The notes: generated from the sequence alone by a model not told the origin. Shown: positions 24,202-37,108, counted from the first letter of the whole stretch. The stretch: 60,261 nt of DNA, filler included, from Sphacelaria rigidula (GCA_964200075.2; 10 parts of 10 records of this genome joined end to end with filler, not necessarily neighbours in it), one strand, 5' to 3'. Translations and numbers: made by a program.

Positions 24202-27200
24202 TTGCTCCGACACCCCTTTTGACCACTACCTCAAGGAATTTCGCACTTTAATTTCGGTTACGGTAAACGGTGGCAGCGAAGCTGCCCCATCACAACAAAT
24301 AGTTATGAGTATTTTCCGTTCCAATATGGGACGCTATACCCTAGCCTCATGCCAACCGTCTTTGTCGGTACCGCAGCTACTTCACCGGTCCATTTGACGG
24401 ATGCAAAACAGAGTGGCTCCTCCGCAATCCACAACGGCCCCTCTGTACGGCACAGCCACAATGCTTCCGCCACCCTATTGCCTCACCCGGTTGCCGCTCC
24501 CCCTGAGTCTCACTCCCAACCACCACCTTCTAAAACAAACCAACGCCCATGGATTCCTGCGCCTATGGCCTCTACTGGGGAGGTCATGTTCGCACACACC
24601 CCAGACGCATTCGTTTTCCAAGCTGGCCCTTAGCGACGGAAATTTGGCCGGAAGTGTTTCAGGTAAACACTTCCATGAACACAACAGACCCTCCCCCTCT
24701 GGGCCAGTAAGGGAGACCCTAACCCTCGATCAGATGTAATTCGCCGCTGCAAAGATCACTGCCTGAACTGTGGCATTTGGTTCAATCCTCAAACGGGGTA
24801 CTCCGCAGATGGTCAAGTTCCAGCGCACTCGATGCGCCAATGCGAAGCCCCGTTCACAAACGCATTTGGCGTACTCAACCCCATGTTCTCCGAGCCCCAG
24901 TTTGCGCGCTTTTGGCCAACTTGGCAAGCACGTATGCAGTCTTACCGTCGCCCTCAACCCAGCGGCGCCCGCAATTCATACCAACGCCCCCGGCGCGGCA
25001 ATCGCCACTACAATGGTGACACTCGCGCCCCCCCTCAATACCAACATTCCTATTATCACGCTCAGCCCGCTAACGTGGCCCCCTCTCACGTACCGCCCGC
25101 CCATTCTGGCGCTTTTCAACCGCCAAACCAGACTCAACACCCAAGTACTCCTAACCCCCCCACAAACACATCTACTGCCCCGAACACAGCCCGCCAGAAT
25201 GGGACCCACGACTCTACCGATGCCAAACGTACCACCTGACGGTGTTTGGGAAACGCACAACACTCCGCGTTTCCACATCTCCGACGGGTTACCTCTACGT
25301 GTGTGACCGCTTGTAACAATTCGCCGTCACCCTCTTTAAATTTTTATAACACTTTTACTTTAAACCCCATTGTCGACCACAGGTTCACAGTCGGGCTCCA
25401 ACAACCTCCAACAACGAACCGCGGCAATACATTTTCTTTCACTCAGCCAGTGCACCATCATCACTTAACAAAACCCTCGTCGGCCAGCGTGGGTTCTCGC
25501 TTATGGTGTGGGTACGCTAGCGATGACCGTTCTGTCACGATGGGTTCCATGACAGCACAGTCCCGTGCAACATTGCATGACTCCCAAATGCGTAATGACC
25601 AACCCCAGTGTTTTCATATTGGATCTGATCACCCAGTTATATTTCCGAGTGGTAGTAATCAATGCCAATTGGATCCGATCGCCTCGCGGAATCGGCAGTC
25701 GTGTAGCGTAGCGCTTACCGCAATAGCAGCAGGAACATCTTCTGATACGGTAGCTATTACCCCCACGACCGTTCATCGTAGGATAAAACGTTTACAGAGA
25801 CTCCCCAGCCCCGAGAAGGACTCAGGAGTCCAGTCGACCCCGGTAACACATGCGTGCAAAATTCCGCGTGTGCCCGGTCCCCTTTTATTTGGTGAGCGTA
25901 ATTTTTCGTGCACCACGCGCGCCAGTGCCGAATCCTTGCTTCCCGTAGCTCAGCGGGTTGGGAAGGAACCCCAAGCGACAGTGCCGACCACGCGCCACGC
26001 GTGTAGCCACGAACGGACTGACCTTGCCAACTTTCCAAAAGCCCCTGGAACAGCCGGCTCTAGAGTGCGCTATACGCGACACCAGAAGAAGGCTCTGCCG
26101 GATGACACTGTAAATAAACCTGTAGTTGCCGCTACATCCGCCCACCAAGAAGGTGCCCGAGAGCCGGGCACAGCAGATGAAGGCCTTGTCGTAGAACAGG
26201 TCGGTCTTTCCCAGATTCCGAACAGATCAGCACCGCTTCCTGCCGACCCCTCGGAATCTATGTTGAAGAATGAAGTAGCGTTGACACCTGTTGGGACAGT
26301 AAAACCGCTACGCCCTGCATGTATGTCTCATGGTGCCGGACAAATCCCGGCTGTGCCGTCCAAATTGCAGTCCGATCAGGACTGTGTCTCCCCTGTTTCT
26401 CATAGCTTCAACATCTCCACATCCACTTCCTTTCCTAGGCGTCGTCCATCCCTGACTGTGTACGAAATCCAACTTTCGTCTACTGCACCACACGCCCTGC
26501 AAAACCCCCCGTGCCACGACAGCCCTTCGGAAAACACATTCGTTCCGGAGGATCAATATCGAGTCTATTTTAGTACCATTGCGCAACAACACAAGAGCGA
26601 TGTGGCTATAGATCACTTGTCGGAATACAGATCGGACTTGGTAAGTGGAACTGCACTCGTGGATGACGCCTCCTTCACAGCCCGAATAGGTATACATAGT
26701 GGAGTGCATGCATCACGCCCTTTGATGACCGTTGCCCTGCCCGACACCGGCTTGCCACAAACTTTCATCACAGCCAGCTGCTGGCAACACATGATGAACG
26801 GTGGAGGAGCAGATAAACATTGCCTTTCTACTGTTCCGCCGCGTATTTTTGGCGGGTTTGGTGCCTCCACTCCCTTTACGGTTGATCGATCAGCAAGACT
26901 CAGAGTGCAATTCTTCGATGACACGAGTCCCACTGCACGATTACCTGTGTGGGCACTCATTGTGCCCGATGGTTCCATGTCGGTTGATGTTCTCTTGGGA
27001 CGTGATAGCTGGCTACGTTTTTCCACACATACATACATGACAAACTCACCTGTTTTGAACCGACCACTGACAGGCAGATTGAAATTGGGACATCACGACG
27101 CTGATCCAGGGGCTCAGGCCTATGTCGATGACCCAACACAAACAAGTGATGCTTTTCGACTGTATTATGTCTGAGACCACGTCGTCTCTCTGTCCCGTGA

Positions 27201-28807
27201 ACCTCAACACATCCATGTGAATCTTGTGAGACGGAACGGATCCCCCGCCCTCACTGGACAGTACTTGGTCGCCTTAACCAATCCCAACCAAACCCCAGAC
27301 GGTATTCCCCTCTTTGATCAGACCGATGTATTTGTCCATGAGGGTCGGCAATCCATTCTCCTCACGTCCTCTGCATGTGTCGATGTCCTCCCTGGTCAGT
27401 TGTTGGGTTCTGTCGAATGTATGTCTGAAGGTGCCACCGCAAACATCATCAGACAGCTCAGAGACAAACGGTTCCACTTCGTTCGACAAGACTGATCCCA
27501 TGGTTGTAGACGAATCGACTGATACGCCTGACACAAACCCTCCGACTGCCCTACTAGATACATTCTCGCCAGAGCAACGTGTTAGTTTTCAACGATTATG
27601 GGATGAAATTCTCCCCCATTTGAAACACATTGCGTTTGGTTTATCTGGTGAGGGTTGGACACCCACGGTAATTGATCGGTTGCGCTTCATCTTGGTACGA
27701 TACTCTGAACGGTTTTCCAAATTGTCAACAGATTTAGGCCGCTGCAACACTATACCGTTGAAAATCAACATTCCTGAAGGTACGACACCTATCGCCATGC
27801 GTCCGTACCGTACAAACCCTCTTCTAGCGGGTAAAACTCAAGTAGTTCTCGACGAATACTTTTCCGCCGGGTTAATACGGCACTCAACGTCTCCGTGGGC
27901 GTCGCCTTTGGTAGTCGTCCGGAAGAAGAATGGTAAGATCCGACTGACCGTCAATTATCAACGATTGAACGCAGTCACCACAACCGCACGTCTACCTCTT
28001 CCCCGGATAGATGAAATCATCGACTCCCTCGGCGGGGGCAAAGTTTTTTCGAACTTCGACATGCAGTCCGGTTACCACCAACTGGTGATGGATCCGCACT
28101 CTATCGAGTTGACGGCGTTTTGCACCCCGTCAGGTCTATATGAGTGGCTGGTCACTCCACAAGGTGCCGCCGGCGCCCCAGGAGCGTTTCAATGTGTGAT
28201 GTTTCGCGTCATTGATGGACTGTCCAAATGCCGCATGTACCTCGACGATGCGGTGGTTCACGGCAGTACACCTGCTGAGCACGTCGAGCATTTCGTGTTC
28301 TTCTTTCTCGTTTTGAACAACACAATTTGAAGCTCGCCCCATCTAAATCCCGCATCGGAGCCACGCGAATCGAGTTCCTAGGCCATTGTATCAGCCCTGA
28401 AGGTCGTAACCCCAACCTCGACAAAGTTGCCGCACTTTAAGAGATGCCCATGCCACGCGATGTCTCTCAACTGCGCTCTTTACTCGGTGGTTTGAGTTAC
28501 TGCCGTCAGTATCTGCCAAATTTAGCCCAAGCTCTGAAATCTCTCACCACCCTCCTCAAGAAGGGGGTGAAATTCGTGTTCACGTTGACAATGGAAAAAA
28601 TTGTAGAGAGCAGCTCGACACATTATCAAAGCCACCATTTCTGGTTTTTTCAGACTGGTCAGCTGCTGAAAATGGCTCCCGTCCGTTCCGACTGCACACG
28701 AATTCTTCGAAAATTGGGTTTGGCTCCAAACTGGAACAGGAACAAGACGATGCTAGTGGTCGCCCCATTGTATATCTGAGCCGAACCACCTACCCAAACG
28801 AACAGAA
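24202..28807 (+). mobile_element. Ty3/Gypsy element, 5' half: gag (CCHC knuckle), UGA, long spacer, aspartic protease, reverse transcriptase, start of RNase H (pseudogenised)
   Basis: gag has CLNC-x18-HSMRQC and ends at TGA 25237-25239. In-frame ORF 25246-27174 has ALPDTG and DVLLGRD (protease). ORF 27314-28330 has SPWASP, NYQRLN, FDMQSGYHQ, PQG and YLDD (RT). 28360-28807 is a diverged match to 18112-18560. Confidence 0.93.
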
Positions 28808-29471
28808 GACACCTTCTACGATAGCCCCCCCCCAAAAAACTGCAACTTTTTCCGCCTCAAAATTTACGAATCACGTGTTTTGAGCAAAGCACAAATTGGT
28901 CAATTTTGACGAGAAATGCTGGTTTATGATCCCGTCGAACCAAGGTCAGGTGGCTTCAGAACCACCTCATTGCACCATCGAATCTGCCCATCATAGACCC
29001 CTCAAAAGGTGCAACTGGTACCACCTCAATATTTACGAGTTGCGTGTTTCCAACAAGCACATATTTGTCACTTTGCCAAGATTTGCTGGTTCATTATCCA
29101 TATCATAGGGCTGATGGCGTGTTTACAGGACACCAGACTTCATCGGGAAACTAATCGTAGCTGGTTTCAGAACCATTTTATCGCGCCGGGGTAGTCGTGT
29201 GTACACAAAGGCGGCCAACCCCCCCCCTCCCACACACACACAAACAAAATAGTGCAAGATTGCCTGTCTGACGATCTGCGATTCGCGTGTTACCTAAAAA
29301 ACCGTACACTTCTCGCTTTCCCAATATTAGCTCGTTCACGATCTATCTCATAGCAGCGACTATATTGAGTGTTTGCAGAAAACGAGAATTGCTCGGGAAA
29401 CTAACCTTATGTAATTCGATAATCACCACTCCGCACCAGAGTAGTCAGTGGTGTGTACACAGATGCCACCA

Positions 29472-29517
<46 letters not shown>

Positions 29518-29660
29518 CCCCCTGTAAAAGCAGCATGCGAATTCGATCGCCTCTAGAAATAACAATCGCGTGTTATGGAAGAGACACAAACTTTCTCGCT
29601 TTGCCAAGGTTTGCTCCTTTGCCATCCATCTCATAGTAGCGTTGGTCGCGTGTTTTCAAG
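28808..29660. mobile_element. Left end of a larger GACAC-TIR DNA element truncating the Gypsy RNase H, with decayed ~250-280-bp subterminal tandem units
   Basis: GACACCTTCTACGATAGCCCCCCCCCAAAA starts exactly where similarity to the other Gypsy copy stops. A GCGTGTT...CTTTGCCAAG...ATCCATCTCATAG motif recurs near 29042, 29285 and 29567. The right end was not found. Confidence 0.6.
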
Positions 29661-30657
29661 TAACTACGTAGTAGATATCGTTAAAACAATCACAGCTAAT
29701 TTCTGAACCGGCTATCATGCTGGTTTTTGAACCAAACAGTGGATTTTCGGAGATGAGGTTGAAAGAACAATTGAGGCTCAACTCAACAGCCGTGCTTTCC
29801 CTGACCTGAATTCTTAACAAATGACTTTCATATGGACCACCCCATCCCTCCCGACCTCCCTCAAGCTATTTCGCGGGATTCCTAGCCTTCCGTTCCCCCA
29901 AAGGGGACGTGCGAAAGCACGAGTTTTGGTCCAAAAAAAGTCCTTTTTATCACCACGAAATCGAGGCAAACGCGTGCTTTCGCACATACCCTTTGGAGGA
30001 ACGGAAGGCTAGGAACCGAGTGATGCTACGGTAGGGGTAGAGAAATAATTTCTGAGATTAGAATTGTTAGGAGCCCCTTATCTNNNNNNNNNNNNNNNNN
30101 NNNNNNNNNNNNNNNNNNNNNNNNNNNTTAATTAATTAANNNNNNNNNNNNNNNNNNNNNNNNNNNNNNNNNNNNNNNNNNNNCAATCCCTTTCCCTCGT
30201 CGACCGTTGAGTCGAATTTTTTGTACCCACGACATGGTCGCTCTCACTCGCACTAGGTGAGAAATTCAGCTATGTTTTAGGTTCTATCTACGGGCCGCCC
30301 CTGGAGGGTTTCGGAAAGTCGTTTTTTTCTTGTCAGCGTAGACTGTTTTTCGGCCGAGAAAGAAACGTAGGCCACCGGAAATAGTAAAGGTTCCGGAATC
30401 GTCTCAACGGGTATAGCAAGTCATTCCAGGGTGCCAACATCCGCCCAGTCATCTTTGCGGGCGAAAAAATATGCAGAAGCATCAAGGAGAAAGTTTTGTA
30501 GGATTATTTTCTTGTTTCCCGAGAGCAGCGACCTTGCGGTTGTTGTCCTTTTTTTGTTGGACATTTCAGTTTCGGGACATTGGGTCCAGTTTTTAGCATC
30601 CAAACAGGGAATATCGCGGTTAAATACCGTGGACACTTTGCACCACCCCATCGAGAG

Positions 30658-31017
30658 AGTGTGTGTGTTCATCCCATCTATTCTGGATGCCAGTCTATAC
30701 CTTTCGGTGTATGTGGGCGCATCAGCTGGAGTCACACAGGAGGATGGCCAACACAGGAGTTCTCTCTTCTTCTTTTTCTAGTACTTGACCTCCCTTCTGC
30801 GGCGCTTGCCTTATTTTTGATCGCGAGAGGTATTCGGCGGTCTCATTCCCTCGTCGACCTTGAGCTCGGATTTCGTGTACCCACGACGTGGTCGCTCTCC
30901 ACTGTTGAGCATGGTGCAAGAAAAAATCCCCGATCGTGCGAAAGCACCGCGATTTGAACCCACGCTCCAGCCGTTAGAAGGTTTCGAGGTTACCAACTAA
31001 GCCACCGGGCCGACCGG
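30658..31017 (-). mobile_element. tRNA-derived SINE (second near-full copy)
   Basis: Reverse-complement match to 11333-11711, including the tRNA-like head and a short CA tail. Confidence 0.85.
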
Positions 31018-32058
31018 TCGTGCCCTTCACAGTACTTACCCAATAGTCATCCAAATGCTAGCTAGCCCACTTTCCCGAATCGCTTGGCTGCGAGCTTTCT
31101 AGAATAGCCTCCCAACAATAATCCACTTGGGCATGAAAAATTATGAACACGCTGTGGAGATGTTGAACAGTCACTACAGAAACCTCCAGACGCAGTAGTT
31201 TGTCATGTCCAGTTAGATTTTCGTTCACAGGCCGTTCTCGAAACCTCGGGGCCAAGCGAATGGGGGACAATGGCCTAGACTTGTCTCGGTGGGGTGGTGC
31301 AAAGTGTTCAGGACATTTGATTGATTGATTGATTGTCGCACTTCAACTGACCACCCATGGGTCCAGCCTTGGACGCATGATGGACGTACGCAAGAAAAGC
31401 AAAACTGAAACACTCGTTCAAGAAAACGAAGGAGCAGAAAAAAATCGAACAGAACGACATATTATTGTAGACTAGGACTTGAAGAAAAAAAACGGGAAAA
31501 AATCAACAAAAGCAAAGCACAGAAAGAGATGATCGACCCTGAAACAATAATAAAAAAAGCAGGGAAAAAAATGGAATAAAATCATTCAAAAAAGAAAAAG
31601 GCCCAAGAAATTCAGGGCAGCAATATTTGATGGCGATATTTCTTGTTTGGGGGCTGAAAACTGGATCAAATTCCCCAAAAGTGAAAAATGCAACAAGAAA
31701 AATAGTAACCGTAAGTACGATCCAAGGCAGAAATAAATATGTAAATAACAGGCTGTTATGCTGAAAGGTTGTTCATCAGCCCCACTTTCGACAACCTGGT
31801 GATTTTTTACCCTCACGGTGATGAAAAATTTTGAGCTTCACGTTTTTAGCGTTGCATGGACCCTTTTCCCCAGTTTACGGCTTTTGCTGCTACAACGCGA
31901 GTAGAGGTAGCATAACTTGAGCAATAAAGCCCACAACCATATACAACCATATAACATTTTTTTTACATGCCTAGTGAAACAAGATACCTCTGGCGTTGGC
32001 TTCGCTGCTGCTGGCGTGACCCACAAACTGGCGAGCGCTTTTGATACGTAGCCATTAA

Positions 32059-32183
32059 CCCTTTTGGACCCCGTTGACGAATTTTGTTTGTGTGAATCGG
32101 CATCATTTTCAGTCGTTTTCAAGTTTCAAGTCAAAATGATGCCGATTCACAACAAAAAATATCGTCAATGGGTTCCCAAAGGG
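32059..32183. mobile_element. piggyBac-like mini-MITE (125 bp)
   Basis: TTAA|CCCTTTTGG...CCCAAAGGG|TTAA, with internal inverted TGAATCGGCATCATTTT arms. Confidence 0.8.
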
Positions 32184-32999
32184 TTAAGCGCTGGGAAGAG
32201 GTGTTGCCTTGAAATTTGAGTCCTCCTTCACTCTGCCCGGGTTACCACAGCCTTGCGCGGACGCGAGGTGGGGACCTACCACGAACAAGGGCATTTTTCC
32301 AACACATGGTCTTCTTGCCGTTTCCTGCGCATGGCGTGGGGCGCTGTCATAAACAGTCGCCTGAGAAGTGCCTTATTTCTAGAGCTGCAGGGAGAGTTTC
32401 GCCTAACCACGCAAGGCAAGCTGCACTAGCTGGTACGGTCTGTAGCCAGGGAAAGCCTGGGTGAAAAAAGGCGCATAATATCGTCAACGTGTATGCTATG
32501 AAACATCGGCTTGGGTTACAAGGTGTCAGAGCATCAAACCCTCACTATACGTGTCGGGAGCCTCTCCAGTGTAGAGTTGACCGTACAGTGACTTTGCTGA
32601 AAAAATGTGAGATGTCCAGGCAGTACAGACAGTATCGCGGCTACAGAAGTTTGGCATAAGACATGGCCTGGGAACAGGTGAAGAAGTATGGTTGATTCAA
32701 GCCAATCACCACGTCGGAAATATGCCACGCCATGCCGCGGTGATTTGACTGACGTTTCGTGTTGTTTGCCCAACAATATTTTGCGCTTACACTGGTAAAA
32801 ATGCATGTGTTTTCCCGAAACTGTCCAGTGTTGAGATTTATCACGCACATCTTTTTTTGCCTCGCGTCCTCTGTCACGTTCGACTCCAGGGGATGCTCAC
32901 AGTTCTGTGGAGCTAGTGCACTCCTGTACATTTTCTGTGTTATATCAGTGCACAGATGAGGTTCAAGACACTCAAAGCTTAGTCCTATTTTTCAAAACT

Positions 33000-34850
33000 G
33001 CACCAACGGCCTACGGTATCAACCTTGCTTAGATCTTCGTGACTAAACCTGACGCGACTTGATTGTCCGTTACCCTCGCCGTTGAACCTGATTGCTCGCA
33101 GACGGCGCTCCTGATCGAACGACCAGTCTGGAGCAAGATCTCCCTCGTCTGGACGTTTCGATCAGCAGACGTGGAGGGAAATGCAGATCAATCTGTGATC
33201 GTGATCCACCTCGCTTTCGACACCTGGACCGGGTCGGTGAGAAGACGTCTTCACGACAAGGAGTGCATCGAAGGCGCAACTCGTTTCGTTGTCCCTTAAT
33301 TGGCTGTTGGAAAGTCTGGCATATTGTCTTCATTCGGCGACCCATGTTCGAGTGAGATTCGGTCGAGCTTGGCGTGCCAAGTGACATCGTCGGTGGGGTC
33401 CAATCCACCCATTGTACTCTCTCGTTCTTCGAAGTGGTGTACGTAACGACCTATTCCGCTGTCGACATTAAGCTATCCCACGAGGTCCTCGAGCATTGCC
33501 ATTTCCTTCAATGTCGAGTCTTGGGGGAGGGGACTGCGTACGGTGTAGACTCATCTCCCTGTCGCACGCCCAGCAGCTCTTCGACCAATCAGCAACGTGA
33601 CCTTGCGTGTCATCAAACTATTCGCAGGTCCAAATATCCGAGAACAGGGTTTTGAAGGTGGATGAAATCCAACGGCCGATCGTCGGAGGTAGCTGGAAGA
33701 GCAAGATGGAATTTGGACAGCTTGAGATCAAGATCGTCCCGTTCTGGACAGGTATTTGTCGCTCGCAAGTCCTCACTAGGGTGGAGAAGCGAATACTCTT
33801 CTTTGTCCAAGTTTTCTGTGTGATGACGCGTAATGCGGGGTTCTTCTGAGACCCAGACATCCAGAGGAAGCGACCAAACGGATCGCCCATTTGGCTAGAG
33901 GTGGAGGAAATGCTCACCCGGCTTTCCACGGGCACTCAAGCTCCCACGCAGGATGCCGCTTCGCCATGTCTTGGAGCTCTCCCACGAAACTTGCCCCAAC
34001 TTCATCCAGCCAACCGCGGGAAGTTGCCACGTTAGCCCATATATCGCTTGGTTTTAGCCTTGCTCCTTGTAGCGTTCATCTACGTTGTGAGCGCTGACTG
34101 TGTCGTTGTGTAACCAAGGTCTCTATTCTGGTTCCAACGAGAAAGTAGTCATTTATCGATTATTCCGCCCGCCTTCCTTCACCTCTCTTTTGCCGCAGGT
34201 TACGAATACGAGCTCCGGTTTGAAGGGAAGGAGGTGTACAAGCACTTCGCGTAAAGAAGTGGACTCTACGTGCGCCAAGGGGTTGTAGAATTGTGTGTGT
34301 ATACATACATATATACATATATGTTTTTCCCTTCGCGCATACTCGATGCTGTGAATAAAGCAAACCCCACCGTTTAAACGGAGCACCCATCTGCAGAGTG
34401 AGTGAAATGATCACCAACAGAGAAGAATTAGTGTTGGCCTTCCAAGAGCGCAGGATGGATCTCCGTCACTTGTCGACGATGTGTATGGTGTATGTCAAAA
34501 GGCCGGGGACTACGGCAACGCTGAGCGTGGTGGTCTTTTACTTGAGCATCTGTTCGATTTCTTGTTGTACGTATGAAGCCACGCCAATCTCAATGTAGGG
34601 ACGGCGGTCTGTGCTCTGCTAGGCAATTTCGGTGATACGTTTCATTCGCAGGACTGGGTAGCACCACTACCAAAGAGCAAAATGTCCTCGTCACAAGTAT
34701 CTCCAGGGAGCCAGTCGTCTTCGTTTCTGTGTGCGTGTATTGAAGCGTTGTAGTATCCAACTCTTTGCCCACGTCGGTGCGCCGACCAGCCAGTGACAAA
34801 TGCGTAGGGTGGACATATACTTCGTGGAAGTATTCTTTTTTCCCTACCTA
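33000..34850 (-). pseudogene. Heavily decayed coding remnant, possibly Gypsy integrase-chromodomain
   Basis: Only fragmentary motifs across frameshifts: ICH..GAHR (HHCC-like), WAN..SR, and RVQW/GLDPTDDVTW (chromo-like). Confidence 0.3.
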
Positions 34851-36219
34851 GCGGGACCCATTAGGTTGAAAAACACTCGTTGTGTATCAGGGTTCACGCG
34901 AAACGGTGTAGTCACGTGTATCAACCCCGCTGAGGTGTCCGGGACCGGTTTTGGATTGTAAATTCCGAGGTTTGAACGTGAGTTGTTTTTTCGCATAGCG
35001 TATAGAAAGACATGTTTCTTGTTCGAGAGTCTTGTGAGGGTGTCCGCGGTCGGTTAATATGGAGTGTTGTATGATACCGGAGTTCGCACGTGAGTTTCTC
35101 GTCCGACGTACCGAGGTATTGAGTTTTTCCCATCATGTAGTTAGTGTTGGCGGTTTCGTGGTTCACACACTATTTAATTATGAAAGGTCTGCCTCATCTC
35201 GCCTCAAAACGGCCTCGAAAACTTGTGACGACCGTTCGGCGGCGAAAGTGTCGCAAGCGAGGACTAAATGGGCGGAGCTGGCGGCCGCATATTTTCGGCT
35301 ATGGGGTCGCGCGAGTGAAGCGGACAGGAGAGCGAATGTATTGTCTGTGGGGTTCCCACGATGCCCTTGAGTTATCTGCGCGGTGACGGAGGCGAGAATG
35401 GTTTTAGCAGGAGTCAGCCGAGGCTGGCGCACACCGGCTTCACAGCGACCATGACGATAACCGAGAGGAACATGAATTAAACACCAAACGGATATACCTG
35501 GAAACTCTTGGTCTATTGAAGTAATCTAATTTCGACACTACTGTACCACCACCCTCTAGAACCGAGCAACAACCACGATGTACGCACCGCTGCCATATAC
35601 GGAGAAAATGCCCCCGCGCTTCATAGCCTAATTCCCGACGGCCCGAACATACAACTCTTGCCATGATTGCAAACTATATGGGCGTCATGCTACGATAGGG
35701 GAGGGGGGATATTTGGGGCCTTCTCTTCAACGAAACTCCGCTTCAAATCGTCGTTGAAAGCAGCAACGGTTGTTTGAACGCGCGCTTGTTACCGATAAAT
35801 AATACTCATCCAAACTGGATGACACCGTTTGAACCCACATTCAAGCGGACCGCGAGTGCATTACATCGTCTGGCACATCCATGAGCCCTTTTTTCGTGGG
35901 TCCATCGCCCCCCGCCCCCGCCCCCCTGCCGGAGCATGGCTCTTCGGGGAGGGTGTACTCATTTGTTTCTCGCCTTAGTCGTTCGACCATTGACCACGCA
36001 TCCATCCCTTCCGAGACGGAGCATGGCTCTTGAAGGGGGGGTGTGCTCATGATCATGCATGCCATAGTCACGTGACCATTGACCTCGCATCCCTACAAAG
36101 CCGGGACGGAGCACGCCGTNNNNNNNNNNNNNNNNNNNNNNNNNNNNNNNNNNNNNNNNNNNNTTAATTAATTAANNNNNNNNNNNNNNNNNNNNNNNNN
36201 NNNNNNNNNNNNNNNNNNN

Positions 36220-36380
36220 CTCGTCGACCGTTGAGTCGAATTTTGTGTACCCACGGCATAGTCGCTCTCCACTGTTGAGCAATGTGTGAGATAAAATCCC
36301 AGATTGCTCCGAGACTTGAACCCCACGACCAAACCGTCAGAAGGTTTCGAGGTTACCAATTGAGCCACCGGGGCGACCGG
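36220..36380 (-). mobile_element. tRNA-derived SINE, 5' portion (cut by the contig start)
   Basis: Minus strand reads CCGGTCGCCCCGGTGGCTCAATTGGTAACC...GGTTCAAGTC, and the body matches 11333-11490. Confidence 0.8.
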
Positions 36381-36808
36381 CTCGAATGCGTTTGAAAAAC
36401 GGGAATATCCGCATCCATATTCTTGTGTAGTCTAACTTTAGGAGCCCCTGAATGAGAAAGATCTGGAGCCAAATGTGGAAGCCTTACCGTAGCATGACTC
36501 TTTGAATCTGTGACTCAGCATATATAAAAATACATATTAGACATACTACGACCCGTTAACATCTGGGGCGTGCAGTGCTTGAAATTCACTGTGGGGTTTC
36601 GTCCCAGTGGCCGTCTTTATATATATCAATGATGACATATATTAGTGATATTTCTCTTACGGGGCAATACTTTGTTTTGAATATATAAACACGGGATTCT
36701 ACGAATTGCGGATGTTTTTTTGAAGATGAAACTTGGGAACGTCCGTATGCACTCTCCGGCCGTGACGCGTGGTGTCGTTCATCTTCCCCAAAATCCATCC
36801 GCAATTAA

Positions 36809-37108
36809 CAGGCGGTCATCGAATTGAGGATGAAGCTTTTCATTAAGGATGAGAACCCAGACGATTTTGAAATATGGTTTCATCCCTTCACCGAATCTTC
36901 GAAATATGGTTTCATTCCTTCACCTACTGGTCGCTTTTGACAAGTCCTACACGTCAGACAAATTTGGATTTCGAAAACCGAAATGTTGGGGGCCTAGGTG
37001 AAGAAATAATTTCGGGGAATTTCGGCGATGGTGTGGATACAAAGATTTTCATTTTCCGGGTTCTCATCCTCAATAAAAAGCTCCACCTTCAATTTCGATG
37101 ATCGCCTG
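36809..37108. mobile_element. MITE with CAGGCG...CGCCTG ends and long imperfect TIRs
   Basis: CAGGCGGTCATCGAA...AGGATGAGAACCC pairs with GGGTTCTCATCCT...TTCGATGATCGCCTG. Flanks are TTAA and ATAA. Confidence 0.75.

Noticed and set aside
18112..28807. One circularly permuted or tandem Gypsy element spanning the linker
   Set aside because: The halves are on separate contigs, and their overlapping 450 bp differ at many sites.
29474..29516. 43-nt poly(C) encoding poly-Pro or poly-Gly
   Set aside because: It is a homopolymer within a repeat unit, its length is unreliable, and it has no coding context.
30021..36497. A 6.5-kb transposon with TGCTACGG TIRs and a TGA TSD
   Set aside because: The two ends lie on different contigs separated by two linkers, so the TGA match is coincidental.
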